64,000 nt of DNA from Octopus bimaculoides. Lineage: Eukaryota. The notes beneath the pieces were generated by a model that was not told the DNA's origin, did not search any database, and worked only from the letters and a program-made list of their open reading frames with translations. Of the stretch, positions 54,346 to 64,000 are shown in pieces (position 1 is the first letter of the stretch; every line of letters begins with the position of its first letter). The position numbers were made by a program, and so were the translations under genes. The DNA is taken from positions 99,170,169 through 99,234,168 of the forward strand of contig NC_068982.1 of NCBI RefSeq assembly GCF_001194135.2, read 5' to 3'.

Positions 54346-57037
54346 AACATTATAAAAACTTAATCTAGAATATTAGAAATCTGAACTCAAAATGGCTGTA
54401 TTGTATTTCTGTTCATAAACAGCACTTATTTTGTCTCAAGACACAACACCTTAGAGAAATGGTCTGCTGACAGTTTGTGGGTTTCCATTAGATCATAATT
54501 ACTGAATAATAACCTTGGACAAGGAACTTTACTATAAGTTTTTTGAACTGAAAACTATTTCCTAAAATCACTTAATGAAGACTAAATTCCATTAACATTT
54601 CATTTTAAATCCTTGAAAATTCCTAAACAGAAATTCTTCAGTGATTCAAAGGGATTTATGAAAAACATTTCTAATGCTGTATTAAGTACCATATTGAATA
54701 AAACTTATTATTTTTCATATGAATTATTCCCATTGGACAGACAATGTTGCTTATATGATTTTATTTTTATCAAGGTTATAAATGTTGGTAGATTATTTAA
54801 TTTAAAGTTAAGCAATTAGAGCATAAAAATAGAACTGTAAACGTCAATTATTGCACAAAAAACTAATTTCATTTCACAAAACTATTTCTATGAAAATATT
54901 AACATTGGGTCTGTGTGTATAGCCACCTGCTTTATCTCTACCATCATCAATGCCACCATTTCTCTTCTTGTCTTTATAAATTGTGTTCATCTTTAATCTG
55001 ATCTTATAGAATAAGGAAAATCATAATCTAAGCAACGAGACAGACAGACAGAGACAAAGGCATGAAAAGACAAAAGAAAAGAGAAAAATTCTAAAGAAAA
55101 CACTTTATAATCTTCATGGATTTATTTGTTAGGTGGCAGCAGATGTTGCTGTTGTTGTTGTTATTCAGTATCAGAGCAACACTGAATGAGCAGACTTATG
55201 TTGAACCACATTCCATGCATGACCATCCTTTCTTCTTGTTTAACTAGCATTACATAGTCTAATATATCCTTCTTTTTTTTTTTTGAGACTATAGGATGTG
55301 AGCTGAGTGAATTCAACAGCTATTTTTTATGGATCAAGTGATCTGCTAGAAAGAGCAACTAAATTCCCTTAATTAAAGATAGTTATGATGTTGGTGATGT
55401 CTATCATGCTAGTATTAGTTATTACTTGTTAGATGTTGTGATTGCATGAATAGAATGTAAAAATCAAACCATTCCTATTGGTTACAGTGATGTTCATGGT
55501 GGGGACTGTGGCACTGGTGATGTTCATAATGTTGGTGTCAGTTACTATTTGTTGGCTGTTGTGAATCTAAATCTTGAAACCATTCTCGTCTGACTTATCA
55601 CTGTTATCTCTTGGCTAAAGGCTCTATTTTTACCATATAAGATTTGCTCATGGAAGGATTTAAGCATAGAGGCCAAAGAAAATCTTGACATTTATACTAT
55701 GTATTTGCTGTCTCTTGTAAAATAGCACCTGTTCTATACAGAAGTATTGTTTTGTAAGTATTTATTAATCATTGTGCTGGTGGCATGAAGAGAGCACCCA
55801 GTACATGCTGTAATGTGGTTGCCATAAGGAAGTTTGTCTAATTGTAGAAACCATGCCAGCACAAACATCGAAGCACAATGAAGCCTTTGGGCTCATCAGA
55901 TCCTGTCAAACCATTCAACCAGTGCTAGCATGAAACATGGATGTTAAGTAATTATAATTATGATGATGATGATGACAATGATGAAGACAATGATAAAGAC
56001 AATGACAACAACAATAATGATGATGATGACAACAATGTACCATTGTTAAGACTGAATAGTTATATTGGTTTCAAATTCTGGCACAAGGCCAGCAATTTTG
56101 GAGAAAGGGGTAAATTGAATACATCAACCCCAGTATTCAACTGGTATTTGTTTTATTAAGTCTGGAAGGATGAAAGGCAAAGTCAACCTCAGCAGAATTT
56201 GAACTCAGAGCACAAAGATGGACAAAATGCCACTAAGCTTCTTGCCTGGCATGCTAACAATTCTCTGTTGGCTCACTACCTTTCCAAATAGTTATTTCAA
56301 TGTTGCTTTGAATTGACTAAGATAGTTTTTCATAAGCTGGTTGGACTATGGTATGTTGAAAACTATTTAAAGTTTTGAGCTTTAAAAGCGGTGAAAAATC
56401 CCATGTACTTTTACTTTGGGACTCCACTGATAATTATCAGACTATAATCTTATGGTTTGTTAAACTGTACTTAGCTGAGCAGAATGGAAGGTAGCAATGC
56501 ATATAATGTTTTGTATGTTTCTATGTATTGAATGAGTTGTCGCAGTCATTATCCATATCATGTTTACATTTATTTGTATTATGTGAATTACCCAAGGCAT
56601 ATTATATCCTGCTTAACATATTTGATTGCGCAGAATGAGATAATCAGGCTCATGACATGTCAAGTCATACCTCTGGCATTATCAAAGAAGTCAAAATTTT
56701 TCACCAATCTTTTCCACTCTTCTGAGTCATGGGTTCTCTTTATACTAGTCAGGGTTTGGATTTTTTTAAAATCTAGGCCCTAACTAATCTAGTAGAATTG
56801 AATGTTAATGTAACTTCATTGTAGTACAGTTCTATATTTAAGAGATGAGGAATTATGTACATTATTTGCCTCATCTTGTTTGTTGTTAACACAATGTTTT
56901 GGCTGATATACCCTCCAGCCTTCTTCAGGTGTCTTGGAGAAATTTCAAACCTGGATTCTCATTCCTTAGGTATTCTTCGATGTTGTTGTTATCATCATTA
57001 TTATTATTATTATTATTATTATTGCTAAAATGTAAAA

Positions 57038-57092
57038 TGGCGTAGTGGTTAAGAGCGTGGGCTACTAACCCCAAGATTCCGAGTTCGATTCC
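57038..57092 (+). promoter_or_regulatory. Type 2 (tRNA-like) internal RNA polymerase III promoter
   Basis: A box TGGCGTAGTGG (57038-57048) and B box AGTTCGATTCC (57082-57092) at tRNA-like spacing, with an anticodon-arm-like tggg-ctactaa-cccca between them. There is no complete acceptor stem, so this is not called a tRNA. Confidence 0.75.
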
Positions 57093-57216
57093 AAGCAGTG
57101 ACCTGAACAACACCAATAATAATAATAATAATAACAATAATAATAATAATAATAATAATAACAACAACATCGAAGAATACCTAAGGAATGAGAATCCAGG
57201 TTTGAAATTTCCCCAA

Positions 57217-57262
57217 GACACCTGAAGAAGGCTGGAGGGTATATCAGCTGAAACGTTGTGTT
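57217..57262 (+). ncRNA. Candidate minimal type I hammerhead ribozyme (Penelope-type)
   Basis: GACAC | CUGAAGA | A | GGCUG-gagggtatat-CAGCU | GAAA | CGU-U | GUGUU. Stem I is GACAC/GUGUU, the core is CUGANGA plus GAAA, stem II is 5 bp, and stem III is the loop-less palindrome AACGUU. Confidence 0.6.
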
Positions 57263-59659
57263 AACAACAAACAAGATGAGGACAACTATCCATCGAATGT
57301 AACTAATGTAAATAATGTTCATTGTAGTATTTCATTAGTTTTAGTAACCCTGATGGCATCCATCACCTCCTCAGAATATAGGTGCTACTGGATCTCAGTG
57401 AGCTCATCCACCTTTGACAGGTTTTGTTTTTTAATCCTACTGGATACCCAATATTCATACACACGTCAAGTTTTGCAGGAGATCAGTGCAGTCACTGACA
57501 GCTCAGCTCATGAGTAAGTAATACTGAAAAACATGATTGCCAGATCCTGACCTGACAGTAGTGTTCAAAGTATGTTGGTATGTTGAGTAAAAAGAGGTGG
57601 AGGAAGTGCAGAAAACTGCTGTCTTTGTTGGCATAAAAGGTTTCTTTTCATGTAGTATGTAGATGGTGAAACATTTAAGAGTGTTTTGTTTCATGGTGTT
57701 GAATTATAAGGATTGTGGATAGAAGACAAGGAAAATTTAGAGTGAAATGATCTGGCTACAAACCAGAGTACAAATTGACTTCAAAGGCATCATTCAATGC
57801 ATTTTGCATAGGTAGATGCACTGGTTTCAATACCTGATAAGAATGGACAAAACTTACTTGGTTAAAAAAAAAAATTACATGCTGACCAGTGAAGTTGCTT
57901 GTGAGGGACAAAAACATAAGAAGAGATGGGAAGGAGAAATGAAGTCAGGCCTCAAGGTGTTAGGCCACATATACAAGATAATACAGGATCAATAGAAGGG
58001 GTGACTCTATAAATGAATTCAGCTCATCCAATCATGGAAACATGTGTTAAAGTAGTAACAACTGCTGTTACAAATAATTCTACAGACTTTTTTTCAGTTT
58101 TAGGTACAAAACAAAGTTTATATTCTTCTATTTTTTTTATAGATATCTATCAAACCCAGCTAATCTTTCTTCACATTAAACTAACCAGAATAATGTAACA
58201 ATTTTTTGTTAAGGAAGCTGATTAAAATAGCATTGTGGCATCTTTTCTGTCCATTATTGATATCTTATGTTCTTTCTATATGACTTGGCATGCTATTAAT
58301 GTGAACATGACTCCTCATGTGTAATATACCATCACAATACACTCAAATAACAAAAGTAGACAACATTTAAGCAGTGAACATTTCCATTTAAATTGACAGC
58401 CATTCTTTCACTGAACACAGTTTGGTGTTATTTCATTTCCTTTATTTCTTAGACTGAATATTATTGAAAATAGTGAGAGACAAAGAGAGAGAAAAAGAAA
58501 AGTAAAGACTTTGTCTAGTTCTTGCTAGAGGGCAACCTTGCACTGCGAATGATACAGTGGTTGGCTTCAACAGAATCCAGTGAGCAAAGAAACACTACTG
58601 TTCCACTTGAGCAGTTTTATTTGCTATTGGTATTGTTTCAGGGAGTATAACTTCCCAACTAATTATAGACAGCAAGACAGCCATGTGATAATTCCTTACT
58701 ATTGCAAACACAATTGATTTACCTTTCTATACAATATCTTAAGAGATTTATCTTTATAATACTACAGTTGTTCAGTAAATGAAAATAGCACTAAAAACAT
58801 CTCATATAAAACTATTTCTCAAGACAACTTCCAGCCTATAGCCTAGTTACCCAGAGAGTCATTAGATACTTTTTACACCCTGTGATAAAAAAAAAATCTG
58901 TATTATTATTGCTTTCATGGCCTCCATAGCGGAATAGGCTGACCAAAACATTTAAGAATAAAATTAGACACTTTGCCAGCATTTAAAGGTCAGTACTCCT
59001 CTTCTAATTAACAGCCTGTCTGTGTCAACTTGCCTCTCAAGACTGTGTCTTTCCAAACTACAATCATAGTAGGATTTGAGTCCATCACAGCAACTACAGT
59101 ATCATGTAGTAATAAGCAAACAGTAGCCAAACCAGTTTTAAGACTCTGCTCAAATAGACCATGACCACATGGAAGGATGAAGAAACAAAGTATAAATCAA
59201 TAAAGAAAAGGAGTACAACAGATCATTACCTCTGTGGACATTCTTCATGAGGCCAGGTGAAGGAAGGTGCAAGAAACAGGACTCCATTCTAGAGATAATG
59301 TGAAGGATTTCATGACTGCACATCAAAACAATCATCAATTATTCAATGTTGTTTCCAAAATTACTCTAAAATTCATACTTTATAACTTTCTACTCTACAT
59401 ACTTCTAGAGACTTCTCTGTATAGCAGAAGTATTTAGTAGACCACTACTCTAACCACTCCACCACAGTTTTACCATTACAATTATTGTGTTAATGCAAAA
59501 GGAAGGACTACCCACCCATCCACTCACTCTATCCAATTCTTGGTCCCACTTCACTTATATACACCACCCTGTACCTAGGGTGTCCCTCCACTCCTGTGAA
59601 CTTCTCAGTGGGTATTTATTTTCAAATGTTTCTTTCATTTAAAAAAAATTTTACTTGCT

Positions 59660-60042
59660 TCAGTCATTTGACTGTGGCCATGCTCGAGCATTGCCTTTAG
59701 TTGAACAAATCGACCCCAGAACTTATTCTAAGCCTAGTACTTATTCTGTCGGTCGAACCGCTAAGTTACGGAGATGTAAACACACCGACATTGATTGTCA
59801 AGCGATGGTGGGGGGACAAACACAGACACACAAATACATATATGCATATACATATATATATATATCCCTCTCACTCTTGGAGAGGCACAACAACAGACTT
59901 CTTTCAGTTTCCATCTACGAAATCTACTCACAAGGCTTTGGTCTGGCTGAGTCTACAGTAGAAGACACTTGCTCAAAGTACCATGCAGTTGGACTGAACC
60001 TGGAACCATGTGATTGAGAAGCAAGCTTCTTACCACATAGCT
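59660..60042 (-). mobile_element. Full-length tRNA/CORE/Nin-like SINE
   Basis: cagtcatttgactgtggccatgc...tcgaccccagaacttattc...gctaagttacgg...(TA)n...cttctttcagtttcc...cacaaggctttgg...taccacatagc; near-colinear with 62820-63190. Confidence 0.85.
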
Positions 60043-61429
60043 ACACCTGAAAACTAAAGCATTTGAAAATATATTCCCATTGACAAGGCCACAGGTTTAG
60101 TATAGTGAAAACAGTTTTGGGGAAAATATGTACGAACAACCATTTATGTAAAAAGAAAGCAATAAAGAACAGCAACAAGTGATTGTACATATAGGCTTTA
60201 ATAGTGTGTCTTTTCCAAAATATAATAACATTTGGTCTCAACACCCACAGCATCAAATCAAAATTCTTGCAAAATTTCCAAATTATGGTACTACTTAAAG
60301 GAAAACATTATTTTGGAGGCTATTATTTCTTCTTATAATCAAAAATTGCAGCAGATTCATTGTTACCATTATGATCATAGAATTAAACATTCTCTAAGTT
60401 TTATATTTTAATCTATATTAATCTACAAAACAAAATATTAAGAAACCTATATACAAAAATTTTAATATAAATATGAATAATGTGATCAAAATTCTGCTTA
60501 AATGATAAAAATGATAATGAAAAAATCGTATAGATTTTAACTAATTGTATACATGTGCATGTACATGTACATGTACATGTTTGTGTGTGTGTGTGTGTGT
60601 ATGTGTATGCATCTATGTATATGTCTGTGCAAATGTGTGATACATATATATATATATGCATATATATATATATATATATATATATANNNNNNNNNNNNNN
60701 NNNNNNNNNNNNNNNNNNNNNNNNNNNNNNNNNNNNNNNNNNNNNNNNNNNNNNNNNNNNNNNNNNNNNNNNNNNNNNNNNNNNNNNNNNNNNNNNNNNN
60801 NNNNNNNNNNNNNNNNNNNNNNNNNNNNNNNNNNNNNNNNNNNNNNNNNNNNNNNNNNNNNNNNNNNNNNNNNNNNNNNNNNNNNNNNNNNNNNNNNNNN
60901 NNNNNNNNNNNNNNNNNNNNNNNNNNNNNNNNNNNNNNNNNNNNNNNNNNNNNNNNNNNNNNNNNNNNNNNNNNNNNNNNNNNNNNNNNNNNNNNNNNNN
61001 NNNNNNNNNNNNNNNNTATATATATATATATATATATATGCATACAGACACACACATATGCACACATGGTGGAAATAAAAATTTTCTGAGTAAAGGTAAG
61101 CATTTCACGTGTAAAGGATTTAGACTTAATTTAAGGAAAAAAGCAAAAAATATTATAAATACTCTCTAGTTCAGTGTAGTGTTATATTTAAATATCTCCA
61201 ACTTAAACACATTTAACACACTAACAGTATGTTAAATTGATTTAATTAGTTGATTTCATATATGCATATATATATGTGCATGCATGTGTGAGTAAGTATG
61301 TATGTATGTGTGTTTGTGAACACATGCAGTAAAGCAGAATGGTTAGAAAGTCTGTCTCTCAGTCATGAGATCTTTGGTTCAATACTGCATGGCATCTTAA
61401 ACAAATATTATTTTCTAAAGCCTTTTAGT

Positions 61430-61745
61430 GAAGGCACATGGCTTAGTGGTTAGAGCATTGTGATCACAATCATCAGGTTCTGAGTTTGATTTTCTGACTG
61501 GGCTGTGTATGCAGGACACTCTATTTCACATTGCATCAGATCACTCAGCTAGTGAAATGAGTTGTAAAGTCACTGGTATCAAGCTGCATCAGCTTTTACC
61601 TTTCCCTTGGTTAACATTGGTGGCATGGAAAGGAGGAAAGACTGGTATGCATGGACGACTGCTGATCTTCCATAAACAACCTTGCCAGACTTGTGCCTCA
61701 GAGGGTAACTTTCTAGGTGCAGTCCCATGGTGCAATCCTATGGTT
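61430..61745 (+). mobile_element. tRNA-derived SINE of a distinct family
   Basis: Head ggcacatggcttagtggttagagc...gagtttgatt (A/B-box-like) followed by a CORE-like caggacactctatttcacattgc...cactcagct segment. Confidence 0.65.
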
Positions 61746-62819
61746 TAGCTTAGTGAAACTGCGTACATGGGAGCTGTATTGAAGCTCATTGGATAGATTG
61801 TATCTCATCTTATTAAATATCAGTAACAATTTATAAAAATTTGAAGTAAAAATAGTTTATTGTTTGTCTGGGGGTCAAGAACATGTCTGGAGATTTTTCA
61901 TTGAAGTCTTCTTTAAATATAGTTTGGTATAGAGTTCAAAGTGTTAGAGAGTGAGAGAAGGGGTGTGTATTGTCTAAAAGAAATTTTTGTGTGTTCCTGC
62001 CAAGGGAGTGGCTAAAAAGAATTTATTGAATAAGTTTTATGTCCATGTTGAATGTTCTTTCAATATACTTTTGAAAAACTGAGTTGATGGGTGTGTATGT
62101 CGTAAAGAATGTCTTGAAGAAAGAATTAGAATTTTCCTTTGGGTTAGATGTATTCTTTTTTTGTGTGTGTGTATGTGTGTGTGTGTTTGTATGTGTGTGT
62201 GTGTATAAATATCTGTGTGTATAAATATATATATATATATGTTTATATGCCAAAAAGATTTTATAACATTTTTCTGACATAATTTAAATATATACTTTAA
62301 CCATGTAACACAAGCCTTCTGTAGTTTTTTCACTCTTATTATCTTTTATATATATATATATAAATATATATATATATATGTTTATATGCCAAAAAGANNN
62401 NNNNNNNNNNNNNNNNNNNNNNNNNNNNNNNNNNNNNNNNNNNNNNNNNNNNNNNNNNNNNNNNNNNNNNNNNNNNNNNNNNNNNNNNNNNNNNNNNNNN
62501 NNNNNNNNNNNNNNNNNNNNNNNNNNNNNNNNNNNNNNNNNNNNNNNNNNNNNNNNNNNNNNNNNNNNNNNNNNNNNNNNNNNNNNNNNNNNNNNNNNNN
62601 NNNNNNNNNNNNNNNNNNNNNNNNNNNNNNNNNNNNNNNNNNNNNNNNNNNNNNNNNNNNNNNNNNNNNNNNNNNNNNNNNNNNNNNNNNNNNNNNNNNN
62701 NNNNNNNNNNNNNNNNNNNNNNNNNNNNNNNNNNNNNNNNNNNNNNNNNNNNNNNNNNNNNNNNNNNNNNNNNNNNNNNNNNNNNNNNTATTCTTTTATT
62801 CTTTTTATTTTATTTATTT

Positions 62820-63190
62820 CAGTCATTTGACTGTGACCATGTTGGAGCACCACCTTTAGTTGAATAAATTAACCCCAAGACTTATTCTTTGTAAGCCTAG
62901 TACTTATTCTATCGGTCTCTTTGCTGAACCGCTAAGTTATGGTGACGTAAACGCACTAACACCAGTTGTCAAGCAATGGTGGAGGTGCAAACACAGACAC
63001 ACAAACATATACACACACATACACACATATATATATGACGGGCTTCTTTCAGTTTCCATCTACCAAATCCACTCACAAGGCTTTGGTTGGCCCAAGGCTA
63101 TAGTAGAAGACACTTGCCCAAGGTGCCACGCAGTGCGACTGAACCCCAAACCATGTGGTTGGTAAGCAAGCTACTTACCACACAGTAACT
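62820..63190 (-). mobile_element. Full-length tRNA/CORE/Nin-like SINE
   Basis: Colinear with 59660-60042 and retains gacgggcttctttcagtttcc...cccaaggtgccacgcagt...ggtaagcaagctacttaccacacag. Confidence 0.85.
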
Positions 63191-63289
63191 CCTGTGCCTA
63201 TATACATATATATATATATTCGAATGACCTGTCCTTGTTTTCTTTGTATCATTTATCTGGATGTTTTGTTGTCCCTTTTTTGTATTTTA

Positions 63290-63320
<31 letters not shown>

Positions 63321-63670
63321 CAGGTCGCTCTTATAAGTATTCCTGAGCGCTACTGGTAACATGTAATCCAGTACAACCTGTCTCATGGTCGGGTCGTCGG
63401 CGACTAAACTGGCAACCCCACCAAGCTCGCTTGGTGAGGAGGGTGATTGTTGGCATCCTGCGGGATGAAAAATAAGACTTGTCGAAAGGACATAAGAACT
63501 ACTGTGTAGTAACGTCCACCCAACAATGTTTGTTTCTGTGTGTGTGTTTAAATTCTGTGTGCGCGTGTTGTGCTGTTCTGTGTGTGTGTATATTTTTCAT
63601 ATGCATTTCTTTTTATATATATATATATATATTTTTTTTAATATTTACTTTTTATGTATCTTTATGCGTT

Positions 63671-63752
63671 TTTACACATCGTATTTATGTGTTTTTACAC
63701 ATCGTATTTATGTGTTTTTACACATCGTATTTATGTGTTTTTTACACATCGT
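63671..63752. repeat. Minisatellite of about 3.5 copies of a 23-bp unit, tttacacatcgtatttatgtgtt
   Basis: Units start at 63671, 63694, 63717 and 63741. Each keeps its CpG. Confidence 0.9.
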
Positions 63753-64000
63753 TTTTATATATATTTTATATTTTATATGTATCTCCATTGCATTTACTTT
63801 TCTCCTTTCATATCTACATCTTTTATATTGACTTTTCTATGTATTTTCTATGTACTTATTATATTGTTTTTTTTTGGGGTTTTTTTAATATGTGGGGTAG
63901 ATGAGGCCCATTAGCCAAGTGAAGGCAACTCTTCTAGGAGAAGGACACTCTGACATAAAACCAGGTCCATGACTTCTGTGGGAGCAGACTGGGCTCTTTT

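Larger units (their letters stand above)
56855..57322. mobile_element. Composite element: inverted Penelope-pLTR-like arms flanking a tRNA-derived Pol III head
   Basis: 56869-56990 is the reverse complement of 57161-57281 with 4 mismatches. (ATT)n and (AAT)n spacers lie inside the arms. The centre carries an A box and a B box. Confidence 0.85.
14695..62788. other. Nine assembly gaps: 14695-14984, 16254-17182, 27420-27502, 28102-28111, 41547-42294, 43441-43450, 50629-50694, 60687-61016, 62398-62788
   Basis: N runs, most bordered by (TA)n or (CA)n tracts, typical of short-read scaffolding. Confidence 0.97.

Noticed and set aside
57030-57105. Functional tRNA gene (anticodon-like ACT)
   Set aside because: A and B boxes are present but there is no 7-bp acceptor stem, and the sequence is embedded in a repeat. 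Treated as a tRNA-derived head.
62222-62397. Local duplication taaatatatatatatatgtttatatgccaaaaaga (about 62222 and 62361)
   Set aside because: The second copy ends exactly at a gap edge, so it is probably a contig-end overlap artefact.
14371-62859. Long ORFs in the track (e.g. 16085-17290, 41475-42359, 60413-61169, 62284-62859)
   Set aside because: They are open only because they cross N gaps and (TA)n/(CA)n microsatellites, giving YIYI/CVCV/HTHT peptides. The one real part is the RTE YADD segment next to 16253.
63400-63446. Twister ribozyme (UAA...CCAAGC...GAGGG words)
   Set aside because: The P2 and P4 helices required by the twister fold do not pair.

Overview
This is AT-rich, microsatellite-laden eukaryotic draft-genome DNA with nine N gaps. 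The SINE/RTE repeat repertoire looks like an octopod cephalopod (inference, not verified). The only host gene I can support is not in the ORF track: an 85-nt first coding exon of a DIP2 (disco-interacting protein 2) homolog on the minus strand at 43601-43685 (MADIDVDITSLPEDVQEKLAELDLELSE-G), with a GT donor and a compact CpG-retaining promoter (TCTCGCGAGA palindrome, YY1-type CAAAATGGCG, uORF). I found no exon 2, so 1-43600 is probably all intron 1. The rest is decayed mobile DNA: a TIR-bounded mariner, a TIR-bounded Tc1, several RTE LINE fragments, a CR1/Jockey-type LINE relic, a Helitron-like element and many tRNA-derived SINEs. The most interesting unexplained structure is at about 56.85-57.33 kb: a tRNA-type Pol III promoter between two inverted Penelope-type arms, the downstream one carrying a minimal type I hammerhead ribozyme fold. 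Also notable are a ~275-bp fold-back palindrome at 40 kb, a 283-bp near-identical copy of the interior of the dead Tc1, and a hairpin-dense leader at 63.3 kb with partial HDV-like topology. All calls come from reading the sequence by eye; no searches were run.
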